From contig JAVCCZ010000040.1 of the NCBI GenBank assembly GCA_030765265.1, positions 1 to 59,606 of the forward strand: DNA of 59,606 bases, in the 5' to 3' direction. Shown here one piece after another: positions 41,889-52,731 of this stretch; position 1 is the stretch's first letter; every line of letters starts with the position of its first letter. The notes beneath the pieces were generated by a model. It worked only from the letters and a program-made list of their open reading frames with translations, was not told the origin of the DNA and did not search any database. A program made the position numbers and the translations under genes. Source of the DNA: Candidatus Erginobacter occultus (lineage in GTDB: Bacteria > Auribacterota > Erginobacteria > Erginobacterales > Erginobacteraceae).

Positions 41889-42758
41889 GTGAGCGAGAGA
41901 CCGAAGATCACCACCCTGATCGCCGACGCCGACAATACCCTCTATAACTGGGTTGAGTATATCGTCCCCTGCCTGGAGACGATGGTCAACCATCTTTCCC
42001 GCCGGACCGGGCTCGATCCCGACCGGATCGCCGAATCGTTCAAGGAGGTATTTGAAAAGTACCGGACCAACGAGTATCCCTTCGTCCTCCAGGAGGCGGA
42101 AATCTTCGCCGAACTCCGCCGGGACTTTCCCCGCTTTCAGGAGGAACTGATCAAGCCCACCCGGGCGCTCTTCCACCGGACCCGGAAGGAAAACCTCCGG
42201 CTCTATCCCGGGGTGGCGGAAACCCTCTGGACCCTGATCAATCGCGGGATCAAGGTGATCGTCCTCAGCGACGCCCCCGCTTTCTCCGCCGAACAACGGC
42301 TGGAGCACCTGGGCCTCTCCCCCTATATCTGGGCCCTCTACGCCCTGGAGACCTATCCCCTGCCGGAAGCGGCCGATCTTGAGCAGGCAATCATCAACCG
42401 GATCCGGACCGGGTTCTACCGTTCCCGGATCGGCAAGGTGGTCGAGCTGCCCCTGGAGTATGAGAAGCCGAACCCGGCCGGCCTGCAGCGGCTGCTGGAC
42501 GAGGAAGGGATCTCGCCCCGGGAGACGATTCTGGTCGGCGACAACCCGAAGAAGGACATCCGGATCGCCAGGGAACTGGGGCTGCTCGATGTCTGGGCCC
42601 GCTACGGCACCGTCATCTCCCCGGAGATGCGGGCCAAGCTGAACCATTACTCGGCGGCCTCGATCCAGAAACGCAATGTCGCCGGGGAGGGCGAAATCTC
42701 CTCCCCCCCGACCCACACTATCGATGCTTTCCCCGAGATTATCCGGCTGTTTGACTGA
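41889..42758 (+). CDS. HAD superfamily hydrolase
   Basis: LIADADNTLYNW (DxD nucleophile motif), VLSDAP, KPNP and VGDNPKKDI. GTG at 41889 follows AAGGAG. The track ORF starts at 41847. Confidence 0.8.
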   Translation: MSERPKITTLIADADNTLYNWVEYIVPCLETMVNHLSRRTGLDPDRIAESFKEVFEKYRTNEYPFVLQEAEIFAELRRDFPRFQEELIKPTRALFHRTRKENLRLYPGVAETLWTLINRGIKVIVLSDAPAFSAEQRLEHLGLSPYIWALYALETYPLPEAADLEQAIINRIRTGFYRSRIGKVVELPLEYEKPNPAGLQRLLDEEGISPRETILVGDNPKKDIRIARELGLLDVWARYGTVISPEMRAKLNHYSAASIQKRNVAGEGEISSPPTHTIDAFPEIIRLFD

Positions 42759-42775
42759 TCCTGGTCGATCCCGAT

Positions 42776-42809
42776 AAAAAGAGCGGCCCCGCCGGGGCCG
42801 CTCTTTTTT
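42776..42809. terminator. bidirectional intrinsic terminator (AAAAAGAGCGGCCCC GCC GGGGCCGCTCTTTTTT)
   Basis: 11-bp GC-rich stem flanked by an A-run and a T-run, 18 nt after the HAD stop. Confidence 0.85.
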
Positions 42810-42810
42810 A

Positions 42811-42881
42811 CTGCGGGACCAGGATTCGAACCTGGGCTAAGTGATCCAGAGTCACCCGTCCTACCACTAGACGATCCCGCA
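42811..42881 (-). tRNA. tRNA-Gln (anticodon CTG)
   Basis: TGCGGGA TC GTCT AGTGGTA GGAC G GGTGA CTCTGGA TCACT TAGC CCAGG TTCGAAT CCTGG TCCCGCA G. U1:A72 and G73 are as expected for Gln. Confidence 0.85.
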
Positions 42882-42893
42882 TTAAATAATCTC

Positions 42894-42955
42894 AACCGCG
42901 GATTAAGCGGATAGGGCGGACTACAAAAGCCGAAAAATCCGCTCAATCAGCGGTT
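42894..42955. repeat. REP-A element (AACCGCGGATTAAGCGGATAGGGCGGA...AATCCGCTCAATCAGCGGTT)
   Basis: Homologous to 28126-28193. It lies directly upstream of the tRNA-Gln 5' end. Confidence 0.75.
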
Positions 42956-43007
42956 ACAAATTTATCACATCCGCGGATGAGCTTCAAGGCCCCCGAAAAC
43001 CGGGGGG

Positions 43008-43568
43008 TTATTCCTCCATCCGCTCGCCCGGGGGAACTTCACTTTCGGAGAGTTGGGCGATGTAGGGCAGATGGCGATAGCGGTCGCGGTAATCGAGGCC
43101 ATAGCCGTAAATAAATACGTCGGGGATCTCGAAACCGATATAATCGGCCCGGACATCGATCACCCGCCGGACCTCTTTCTGCAGAAGCACGCAGATCTTT
43201 ACCGTCCGGGGATTGAACTTCGTCAGGTGCTCCTTCACCCAGCCCAGGGTCCGCCCGGAGTCAAGGATATCGTCCACCACCAGGACATCCTTATCCCGGA
43301 TATCGATACTGATCTCCTTCTCCAGGTTGATCACCCCCAGAGAGGTCCGGGAGTGGCCGTAACTGCTGACCCCGATAAAATCAAAGGCCAGCGGCCGGGA
43401 GAAGCCCCTGACCAGGTCGGCCAAAAAAAGCACACTTCCCTTGAGGACCGCGACCACCACCAGGTCCTTCTCCCGATAATCCTGCTCGATGGCTTCCACC
43501 ATCTGCCGGATCCGCTCCCCGATCTCGCCCGAAGAGAAGAGAACGCCGGATTCTCGATCAGGTTTCAA
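43008..43568 (-). CDS. hpt: hypoxanthine phosphoribosyltransferase
   Basis: VVVAVLKGSVLFLADL, VLVVDDILDSGRTL and GYGLDYRDRYRHLPYI. TTG start at 43566-43568 after GGGGGAAGAG. The longer track ORF overlaps the rubredoxin gene. Confidence 0.85.
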   Translation of the reverse strand: MKPDRESGVLFSSGEIGERIRQMVEAIEQDYREKDLVVVAVLKGSVLFLADLVRGFSRPLAFDFIGVSSYGHSRTSLGVINLEKEISIDIRDKDVLVVDDILDSGRTLGWVKEHLTKFNPRTVKICVLLQKEVRRVIDVRADYIGFEIPDVFIYGYGLDYRDRYRHLPYIAQLSESEVPPGERMEE

Positions 43569-43593
43569 ATCTCTTCCCCCCGCACTGACGGCA

Positions 43594-43755
43594 CTATTCC
43601 AGTTCCTCGAACTGATCCTTCCCGACCCCGCAGACCGGGCAGACCCAGTCATCGGGGAGATCCGCGAACGAAGTCCCGGGGTCGATTCCCCCATCCGGAT
43701 CTCCCGCGGCGGGATCATAAACATAACCGCAGACCGAACATTCCCATTTTTTCAT
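43594..43755 (-). CDS. rub: rubredoxin (53 aa; below the ORF-track size cut-off)
   Basis: Manual translation gives [53 protein letters not shown], with both CxxCG knuckles. GAGGAGG lies upstream. Confidence 0.88.
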   Translation of the reverse strand: MKKWECSVCGYVYDPAAGDPDGGIDPGTSFADLPDDWVCPVCGVGKDQFEELE

Positions 43756-43844
43756 AACGCGCCTCCTCGAAGGTTGGTACCAAGACTGAATGGTGAATTT
43801 AATATGGTCGAAATGCCGGCGGGAGTCAAGATCAGAACCAAATT

Positions 43845-44972
43845 CTAACTTATTTCCTGGTCCCCCAGCTGCCGGAGCAGTTCTTTCTGGCGGGCGGACA
43901 GTTTCCGGGGTATGGCGACATCAACGGTGACGAAGAGATCCCCCTTCCGATCCGCCCCGGTCCGGGGCGCTCCCTGCCGGCGGAGCCTCAGCACCGTCCC
44001 CGGCTGGGTTCCCGGGGGAATCTTCAAGGCGGCTTCGCCGGTCAGGGTCCGGACGGCCGCCTTCCCGCCCAGGGAGGCGGTAACCATATCGACCGAAACC
44101 CGGGTATAAAGATCGGCGCCTTTCCGGGTGAACCGGGGATCGTCGCCGACCTCCACCCGTAAGATCAGATCCCCCGGAGGACCTCCCCCCGGCCCCGGCT
44201 CTCCCTGGCCGGGAAGGCGGATCTTCGCCCCCGGGGAAATTCCGGCGGGGATCTTCACCGATACCTTTTTGGCAACCGGGGCCGTTCCCCGGCCCCCGCA
44301 ACGGGGACAGGGTTGGGTAATGACCATCCCCTTGCCGTAGCAGCGGGGGCAGGGCCGGCTGATCCCGAATCCTCCCTGGGTCATCGTGACCGTTCCGCTC
44401 CCCCCACACTGGGGGCAGGGTTCGGGGGTGGTGCCCGGGGCCGCTCCGGTGCCGGAGCATTCGGGACAGACCTGGGAACGCTGAACGGTCAGGCGGACCT
44501 TCCCTCCCGCGATCGCCTGGTCGAAGCTGATGGTGACCGCGGAAGAGATATCCCGCCCCCGCTGGGGGGCGGCCCGGGCCTGGCGGAAGTGGGAACCCTG
44601 GTCCATAAACTGGCTGAAGATATCCCCCAGCCCGCCCATCCCCCCCAGGTCTTCGTAGTTAACTCTCCGGCTCTTGGGGCCGGCACCGCCGAAAAGATCG
44701 TTCAGATCGACCCCGGCGCCGCCGAAATCGAACCCCCCGGGGCGGAAACCCTGGCTGAAGGCCGACTTCATCTGGTCGTACTGCTTCCGTTTCTTCTCGT
44801 CGCCGAGGATATCGTAAGCCTGGGATATCTCCTTGAAACGTTCCTCCGCCTGGGGGTCGCCGGGATGGGTATCCGGATGGCAGCCCTTGGCCAGTTTCCG
44901 GTAGGCCTTCTTGATCTCTTCGGGAGCAGCGGTCCGGGGGACCCCGAGGATCTTGTAATAATCTTTTTCCAT
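43845..44972 (-). CDS. dnaJ: molecular chaperone DnaJ
   Basis: J domain DYYKILGV...HPD, G/F-rich region, and four CxxCxGxG zinc-finger repeats. Confidence 0.93.
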   Translation of the reverse strand: MEKDYYKILGVPRTAAPEEIKKAYRKLAKGCHPDTHPGDPQAEERFKEISQAYDILGDEKKRKQYDQMKSAFSQGFRPGGFDFGGAGVDLNDLFGGAGPKSRRVNYEDLGGMGGLGDIFSQFMDQGSHFRQARAAPQRGRDISSAVTISFDQAIAGGKVRLTVQRSQVCPECSGTGAAPGTTPEPCPQCGGSGTVTMTQGGFGISRPCPRCYGKGMVITQPCPRCGGRGTAPVAKKVSVKIPAGISPGAKIRLPGQGEPGPGGGPPGDLILRVEVGDDPRFTRKGADLYTRVSVDMVTASLGGKAAVRTLTGEAALKIPPGTQPGTVLRLRRQGAPRTGADRKGDLFVTVDVAIPRKLSARQKELLRQLGDQEIS

Positions 44973-45075
44973 TATAAAACAGCTATCTTCTCTCGATGAT
45001 ATACTGTTCTCGCATTATCCAATGAGAACCACTCCCGCCGGAACCACGAAGATCAGTGAAATATCCGGTTCAAGG

Positions 45076-46245
45076 TCAGAATGAAGTTTCGCCGGTGGTC
45101 TTTTCAGCTAAAAGATCCCGGTACATATCCCGGGTCCGGGCGGCGATCGAGTCCCAGCTGAACATCTCCTCCACCCGCCGCCGCCCCCGCTTCCCCATCT
45201 CCGCGGACAGATCGGGATTTTTCAGCAGCCGGTTGACGGCGGCGGCGATCTGCCCGGAATCGGCGGGATCGACCAGGATCCCGGTCTCTTCCGGGACCAC
45301 CACTTCCGGGATCCCCCCGACCGCGCTGGCCACCACCGGAGTCTCGCAGGCCATCGCCTCCAGGTTGATGATTCCGAAGGGCTCATATACCGAGGGGCAG
45401 ATAAAGACCCGGGCGGAGGAGTAAAGCTCGACGTTCTTCACGTCGCCCAGGTTCTCGTGGATCCAGATGATGTTCTTCTTCCCCTTCACCTTCTCCATCA
45501 TCCGGTTCTCGTAATCCTTGGTATCGGCCCCCATCGCTTCCAGGACCACCTGGACCGGGATGTCGTCGGCGGCGTCGATCAGGTATTCCATCCCCTTCTG
45601 GGCGGTTGGACGCCCGACAAAGAGGACATAATCCTCGGCGATCCCGTAGCGCTCCCGCAACTCGTTACTCAGGGGCCGGCGGTTCCAGGTCTCGAGATCG
45701 ATCCCGTTGTGGATCACCGTGATCCGCGCGGGATCAACGGAGAAATTATTCAGGATATCTTCCTTCATCATCTTGGAGACCGCCACCACCCGGTCGGCGT
45801 TCTCCAGGCCGACCTTTTCGATCCAGGTGCTGACGTTATACCCTTCGGCCAACTGATCGAACTTCCAGGGCCGCAGCGGCTCCAGGCTGTGACTGGTCGC
45901 CACGTAGGGGACGTTGTAGAGCTTCCGGGCCAGGAAGCCGGCCAGGTGGGCGTACCAGGTGTGGGTATGGACTACCTCGGCGTCGATCCGGTCCATCAGA
46001 AGCAACAGGTCGGTAAAGACGGTGTTGAAGAGCGAATCGAACTTCGGCTGATCGGTGCAGTGCAGCTTCGGTTCCGGCCGGTACCCGGTCACGCTGAGAG
46101 AGCCGTCACGGATCTCCTGATCCCCGAAACAGCGGACATCGACTTCCATCATCTTGGCCAGACAGCGGGAGAGCTCCCGGATGTGAACCCCGGCCCCGCC
46201 GTAAACATTGGGCGGATATTCCCGGGTGATAAAGGTGACTTTCAT
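45076..46245 (-). CDS. GT4 glucosyltransferase of the actinobacterial GlgA/GlgM type (probable alpha-maltose-1-phosphate synthase)
   Basis: MKVTFITREYPPNVYGGAGVHIRELS start and C-terminal PSVYEPFGIINLEAMACETPVVASAVGG. Sits next to glgE. Confidence 0.75.
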   Translation of the reverse strand: MKVTFITREYPPNVYGGAGVHIRELSRCLAKMMEVDVRCFGDQEIRDGSLSVTGYRPEPKLHCTDQPKFDSLFNTVFTDLLLLMDRIDAEVVHTHTWYAHLAGFLARKLYNVPYVATSHSLEPLRPWKFDQLAEGYNVSTWIEKVGLENADRVVAVSKMMKEDILNNFSVDPARITVIHNGIDLETWNRRPLSNELRERYGIAEDYVLFVGRPTAQKGMEYLIDAADDIPVQVVLEAMGADTKDYENRMMEKVKGKKNIIWIHENLGDVKNVELYSSARVFICPSVYEPFGIINLEAMACETPVVASAVGGIPEVVVPEETGILVDPADSGQIAAAVNRLLKNPDLSAEMGKRGRRRVEEMFSWDSIAARTRDMYRDLLAEKTTGETSF

Positions 46246-46272
46246 ATCTTCCTCCTCGGTATTAATATTTCA

Positions 46273-46290
46273 ATCGGTATCGCTATCGAA
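46273..46290. repeat. tandem hexamers ATCGGT ATCGCT ATCGAA
   Basis: Read directly. Same family as 4434 and 14776. Confidence 0.75.
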
Positions 46291-46337
46291 GTCCGGCCGG
46301 CCGATCACGCTGTTGAAATTACCGACCTTCCCATTTC

Positions 46338-46372
46338 CCAATATCCAATAGCCAACAAGGAATATCCAATAT
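46338..46372. repeat. tandem heptamers CCAATAT CCAATAG CCAACAA GGAATAT CCAATAT, with an inverted partner at 46436-46464
   Basis: Read directly. GGCTATTCCTTGTTGAATATTGGATATTT (46436-46464) is an imperfect reverse complement. Confidence 0.8.
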
Positions 46373-46468
46373 CCGGGTCCCGACCTCCCGAACTTATTCC
46401 GGGATGGAAGATACTATCGCTTTACCTTCTTCCCTGGCTATTCCTTGTTGAATATTGGATATTTAATT

Positions 46469-48193
46469 CTAAATCCTCCAGATCGCCGCCGGGTTTTTCT
46501 TCGGGTCGAGGGTGACGTACTGTTCCCTCCCCCGCCAGGTTGACCGTTTCCCGGTGATCAACTCCCGGACCGGATACTTCTCTCCGGAGGAGATCCCCAG
46601 CAGCTCAAGCGGTACCGTGACCCGTCCCGTGTGGGCGGCGAAGGGATCGAGGTTGACGGCGGCCAGGATCCGGTTTTTCCCGTCCGGGGAAACCTTCCCG
46701 AAAAACAGGATCGCCTCGTCGGTGGAATTGAAAAACCGGAGGTTATCGTAATACTGCAGGGCGGGGTTAGCCTTCCGGATCCGGTTCAATTTGGCGATAT
46801 AACCTTTAATATTGCCGGCCCGGTTCCAGTTCCGGACCTTGACCTGATACTTTTCCGAGTCGTGGTAGGATTCTTTCCCCGGGACCAGGGGCTCGTTCTC
46901 CAGCAGCTCGTAGCCGCTGTACATCCCGTAAAGCGGGCAGATGGCGGCGGCCAGGGCGATCCGGAGCATAAAGGCCGGCTTCCCTCCTTGCTGGAGGATC
47001 TCGGAGAGAATGTCCGGGGTATTGACGAAGCAGTTGACCCGAAGAAATTCCTTGAGGTAGGAACCGGTCAACTTGAAGAAATACTCGATCAGCTCGTTCT
47101 TCCCGGTCCGCCAGGTGAAATAGCTGTAGGATTGGGAAAAACCGCACCGGGCCAGTTCTTCCAGGTGATCGTAGTCGGTGAAGGCTTCAGCCAAAAAGAT
47201 AGTCTCCGGGTAAATACTCTTGACCTCCCGGATCAGCCACTCCCAGAACTCGTCCGGCTTGGTGTGGGGGTTGTCGACCCGGAAGGTACCGACCCCGTTG
47301 GCGGCCCAGAAGAGAAAGATATCCTTGACCGCTTCCCACATCTCCTCGCGGTCGGCGGGGTAGAAATTCAGGGGACAGACATCCTGGTACTTCTTGGGCG
47401 GATTCTCGGCGTAGCGGATGGTCCCGTCGGGGTTGTGAAAAAACCAGCTGGGATGTTCCTTCACCCAGGGATGATCGGGAGAGCAGTTGCTGGTAAAATC
47501 GAGCGCGACCTCAAACCCGGCCTTCCGGGCGGTTCGGGCGAACCGGCGAAAATCTTCCAGCGTCCCCAGGTCCGGGTGGACGGCGGTATGACCCCCGGTT
47601 GCGTCTCCTACCGACCAAGGGACCCCGGGATCGCCGGGGCGGGCGGTCAGGCTGTTGTTCTTCCCCTTCCGGTTGGTCTTTCCGATCGGGTGGATCGGGG
47701 GGAGATAGATGACGTTGAAACCCATCCGCTTGATATCGGGCAGGCGACGCTCGCAATCCCGGAAGGTCCCGTGCTTTCCCTCGACCTTTCCCTGGGAGCG
47801 GGGGAAGAACTCATACCAGGCGGCGAACCGGGCCCGCGGGGGCTCGACATATACCTCGAGATCCCTCCCGTAGCGGATCGGAGTACGGCCGGGAAGGCGA
47901 ACCTCGACCGAGTATTGAAAAATCCCCGAAGCCGGGAAGTGAATCTCCCCCCGAAAGGTATCCCCGTCGGTTTTTTTCATCGCTACCGACGACCAGGGAG
48001 ATTTTTTCGGCTTAATCATCCGGTAAAGCAGCCGGACCCGGCCGGCCGGCGCGCCCGGGATATCGGCGGTAACCGCCAGTGGACGGTCGGTCTCCCTCTT
48101 GACCGGGTACCGGCCGCCGGCGATCTCCGGATACAGATTGCGAATAACTATGTCGGCTTTCTTCCCTTCCGCCGTTTTTCCTGGTTTTTTCAT
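46469..48193 (-). CDS. glgE: alpha-1,4-glucan:maltose-1-phosphate maltosyltransferase
   Basis: N-terminal IVIRNLYPEIAGGRYPVKR (DUF3416-type) plus a GH13 catalytic core (GFNVIYLPPIHP, FRVDNPHTKP, FLAEAFT). The start is moved to the ATG at 48191-48193. Confidence 0.85.
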   Translation of the reverse strand: MKKPGKTAEGKKADIVIRNLYPEIAGGRYPVKRETDRPLAVTADIPGAPAGRVRLLYRMIKPKKSPWSSVAMKKTDGDTFRGEIHFPASGIFQYSVEVRLPGRTPIRYGRDLEVYVEPPRARFAAWYEFFPRSQGKVEGKHGTFRDCERRLPDIKRMGFNVIYLPPIHPIGKTNRKGKNNSLTARPGDPGVPWSVGDATGGHTAVHPDLGTLEDFRRFARTARKAGFEVALDFTSNCSPDHPWVKEHPSWFFHNPDGTIRYAENPPKKYQDVCPLNFYPADREEMWEAVKDIFLFWAANGVGTFRVDNPHTKPDEFWEWLIREVKSIYPETIFLAEAFTDYDHLEELARCGFSQSYSYFTWRTGKNELIEYFFKLTGSYLKEFLRVNCFVNTPDILSEILQQGGKPAFMLRIALAAAICPLYGMYSGYELLENEPLVPGKESYHDSEKYQVKVRNWNRAGNIKGYIAKLNRIRKANPALQYYDNLRFFNSTDEAILFFGKVSPDGKNRILAAVNLDPFAAHTGRVTVPLELLGISSGEKYPVRELITGKRSTWRGREQYVTLDPKKNPAAIWRI

Positions 48194-48402
48194 TCTGTCG
48201 GATCTCCCGCCGATTAAGGGCCAGAATTGGTTTTCGGGGAAATAGCCCATCCCGGACACTGGCGAGCGGGCTGAGATAGTGGCTACTATAGAGAAGAGAG
48301 CCCGGTTCCTCAAGCATATTTTCTCCCAGTCGCCTTTGGCCGGCACCGGCGAATAAATTTTACCCCGGGGAGCCCGGTTGATATATGATATATTCATCCT
48401 CA

Positions 48403-49836
48403 ATGAAGATACTCCATCGCTACATACTGTTCAGCGTTACCGGGACATTCCTGATCACCCTCCTGGTTTTGATTGGGATCCTCTGTCTCGGCAACCTCCT
48501 GAAAATTGCCGATCTCATCCTCCGGGGGATGAACCCGGTTTTGATCCTGAAATTTTTCGGTTTCCTGGTCATCAGTCTCCTCGAGTACGCTATCCCGATG
48601 GGGATCCTGACCGCCGCCATACTGGTCTTCGGACGTCTCTCCGCCGACAACGAGATAACCGGGATGCGGGCCTGCGGAATCGGGCTGCGGGGAATCATCA
48701 GCCCGGTCATCTTCCTCGGCCTGGTCTTGACCCTGATCTGCCTTTACCTCCAGAATACCGCCATTCCCAATTACGGCTTCGCCACCCGGCGACTGAAGGC
48801 CCAGATCGGGCTCCAGGATCCGGACGCGCTGCTCCAGCCGGGGGAGACGATCTCCCTCCCCGGTTACACGATCAACTTCGACCGCAAGGAGGACGGTTAT
48901 CTGCACCGGGTCCAGATCAACCAGTACGACCGCCGGGAACTGGTCAGCATCATCTTCGCGAAGAAGGCGGCGATCGAACTTGACCGGAAAAAGGAAAGTT
49001 TTAATCTCAAGCTGATTGACGGAACGGTGGAAGAGATCGTCGACCGGGACAACCCCCAGATCCGGACCACCACCTCTTTCGGGGTCTTCAACTACCCGAT
49101 CAGCCTGAAAAAGCTCTACGCTTCGGGAGAGGTATCTGATGCCTCCAAGCGGAAAAAAGATATGACCAGCGGTGAACTTCTGAACCGCCGCCGGGAATTG
49201 CTGGAAGCAAAATACACGGCCGCAAAAAAACTGGGAATAGCTCGGCGTGAACTGTCCGGCCTGGCGGAAATTCGACAAACCCGGGAACTATCTGCCGCCC
49301 AAGAATGGGCGGCCGCTGCTCTGATAATTTTTCCATCCTCTGGTTTTCTGTCTCTACCTTATCATCAAAACTATTGGCCGGGAGAGCTGTTTGCAGCAAA
49401 AAAGGATACAGTCAGAAATATAATGGATCCAATGGTCCGCAACTTGGCAACTTCCCAAACGAAACAACTTGCCCAGGCCACCACCAAACTGTCGCAAAAA
49501 CGGAATGACTTTCAACGGCTGAGCGGGCAACACCTTAATCTGGAAAAAGAGATTTCCCTCCATACTACAGAATTTCAGAAACGCCTCTCCCTCTCGGCAG
49601 CCTGTCTCTCGATGATCTTTATCAGCATCCCTCTGGCGATCCAGTCCCGCCGGGGGGAAAAAACCATCGGGATGGTCCTGAGCCTGGCGCTGATTTTTGT
49701 CTTTTACATCTTCATCGCTTACGCCGACGCCGTCGGCGGGGAACCGGAAAAATTTCCCTATCTGATCGTCTGGCTGCCCAACCTGCTTTTCACCGTGATC
49801 GGCGGTTTCTGGATGATAAAATTTACTCGTATCTAA
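48403..49836 (+). CDS. lptF: LptF/LptG family LPS export permease with a long insertion
   Basis: MKILHRYILFSVTGTF start, EITGMRACGIG, and the C-terminal TM bundle. It is ~110-140 aa longer than lptG downstream. Confidence 0.8.
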   Translation: MKILHRYILFSVTGTFLITLLVLIGILCLGNLLKIADLILRGMNPVLILKFFGFLVISLLEYAIPMGILTAAILVFGRLSADNEITGMRACGIGLRGIISPVIFLGLVLTLICLYLQNTAIPNYGFATRRLKAQIGLQDPDALLQPGETISLPGYTINFDRKEDGYLHRVQINQYDRRELVSIIFAKKAAIELDRKKESFNLKLIDGTVEEIVDRDNPQIRTTTSFGVFNYPISLKKLYASGEVSDASKRKKDMTSGELLNRRRELLEAKYTAAKKLGIARRELSGLAEIRQTRELSAAQEWAAAALIIFPSSGFLSLPYHQNYWPGELFAAKKDTVRNIMDPMVRNLATSQTKQLAQATTKLSQKRNDFQRLSGQHLNLEKEISLHTTEFQKRLSLSAACLSMIFISIPLAIQSRRGEKTIGMVLSLALIFVFYIFIAYADAVGGEPEKFPYLIVWLPNLLFTVIGGFWMIKFTRI

Positions 49837-49903
49837 TTTGATTCCGCCCCGGGGAACTTCCCCGGGCGGGATATTCCTCAACTCATAAACTTCTCTCATC
49901 CCG

Positions 49904-50977
49904 ATGCGGATACTTGACCGTTACATCTCCACCCGCTTTCTCATCCCCTTTATCTATTGCCTGGTCGGGTTCAGTATGCTCTTCGTGATCGGGGACCTCT
50001 TCGAAAATCTCGATGATTTTATCGAAAGCCCCGGCTGGTTCCTGGTGGCCCTGCGCTACTACCTGCTCTACATCCCTTCCATCTTCGGCTATATCACGGC
50101 GGTGGCGATCCTCCTCGCCCTCCTCTCCTCCCTGGGACTGCTCCAAAAATACAATGAAATCTCGGCGATGCGGTCAGCCGGGGTCAGCGTCTACCGGATC
50201 TCGGCCCCCCTGCTTTTGCTCGCTTTCCTGATCAGCCTGGCCGTCTTTTACGTCAACGAAGAAGTGGTCCCGGACGCCCTGAGGGAAAGCCGGGAATTAA
50301 AAAACCAGCACCAGGGAGCTGATTACGAGCGGGTTTTAAACAACGTCACTTATCTCAACCGGGCCACCAACCAATTATTTTATTTCAAAGCCTTCCGGCC
50401 GGGTAACAATACCGGGGAGGGGGTGACGATTCACGACCTGAGGGCGGACGGAAGCCCCTCTCGCCGGATCAGCGCCCGGGAAGCGGCCTGGCTGGACGGG
50501 ACCTGGTGGCTCTTCGACGGAGTTATCTACAGTTATCCTCTCAACGATATCCCGATCAAGCAGGATCTCTCGAAAAAATCCTTTGATTTTGAGGTCCATC
50601 CGGTCGACCTCGTCCAGAGCGAAGAGGAACTGGCCTACCGCGGCTACCTTGAACTCCGGGAAACCCTGGAGCGGAGGGCCGGTTACCCGGCCGTGATCCT
50701 GCGCCCGATGCGGGTCGAGCTCCAGCAGAAGCTCGCTCTTCCCATCGCCTGCCTGATTATGGGGATGCTCGGGGTGACCTTCGGCCTGAAATCCGGCCGG
50801 GGGGGGATGCTGGCCGGGGTGGGGATCAGCCTGGTTTTGAGCTTCCTCTATTACGTCGTTTATTCCATCACCGGGGCCCTGGGCAACCAGGGTTATCTCG
50901 CCCCCTGGCTGGCCGCCTGGGCGGCCAACATCGTCTTCGGGGGGATCGGGCTCTGGGTTTTTTTACGCCTCAACTGA
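49904..50977 (+). CDS. lptG: LptF/LptG family LPS export permease
   Basis: [16 protein letters not shown] start, [11 protein letters not shown], and six TM segments. Confidence 0.85.
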   Translation: MRILDRYISTRFLIPFIYCLVGFSMLFVIGDLFENLDDFIESPGWFLVALRYYLLYIPSIFGYITAVAILLALLSSLGLLQKYNEISAMRSAGVSVYRISAPLLLLAFLISLAVFYVNEEVVPDALRESRELKNQHQGADYERVLNNVTYLNRATNQLFYFKAFRPGNNTGEGVTIHDLRADGSPSRRISAREAAWLDGTWWLFDGVIYSYPLNDIPIKQDLSKKSFDFEVHPVDLVQSEEELAYRGYLELRETLERRAGYPAVILRPMRVELQQKLALPIACLIMGMLGVTFGLKSGRGGMLAGVGISLVLSFLYYVVYSITGALGNQGYLAPWLAAWAANIVFGGIGLWVFLRLN

Positions 50978-51137
50978 GCCCACCCGGCGTTTTCTCCGGC
51001 GGTTTTGGGGTTGTTTAATCCGGTCGGATAGGCTACCTTCTACCGTTAATCCCCGGCACGATTTACTTCATCCAGGACTTCGGAAGCCGGGATACTCCGG
51101 AGAAAAAGCGTTCAATCCAGCAGGAGAAATAATCGTT

Positions 51138-52544
<1,407 letters not shown>

Positions 52545-52566
52545 CAGCACATTCTTGTCGGTACGC

Positions 52567-52595
52567 AAAACGCCCCCGGCTGCCGGGGGCGTTTT
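52567..52595. terminator. bidirectional intrinsic terminator (AAAACGCCCCCGG CTG CCGGGGGCGTTTT)
   Basis: 10-bp GC stem with flanking A/T runs, between the convergent ahcY and ArnT-like genes. Confidence 0.85.
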
Positions 52596-52731
52596 CTTAT
52601 AAGAGCTTGCCTACCGGATCGCTCTTAGAAGGTCTCCTTCCCCGATCCGGAGTTCAATGCCTTTCGCCGAAGGAGCGCGAACCGGGTAGGCGCAATGAAG
52701 ACACGGTTTGCCGAACGGGACCGCAAGTTGT

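Noticed and set aside
41174-42955. Integrated mobile element or prophage remnant at the three-tRNA cluster (low GC, repeats)
   Set aside because: No integrase, transposase or phage gene is present, and I saw no direct repeat of a tRNA 3' end. The only ORF is a HAD hydrolase of normal GC content.
43569-43724. N-terminal 52 residues of the 238-aa track ORF for hpt
   Set aside because: This extension has no similarity to Hpt and overlaps the well-supported rubredoxin gene in another frame. A TTG with a good RBS gives a normal-length Hpt.
44973-45075. CIRCE (HrcA) operator or sigma-32 promoter upstream of dnaJ
   Set aside because: No TTAGCACTC-N9-GAGTGCTAA-like inverted repeat is present. There is only a weak 6-bp inverted repeat (GTTCTC..GAGAAC) and a CTTGAA with no matching -10 element.
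50978-51137. SAH riboswitch in the ahcY leader
   Set aside because: I could not recognise the conserved SAH-riboswitch core or a convincing pseudoknotted hairpin by eye. A covariance-model scan would be needed to exclude it.
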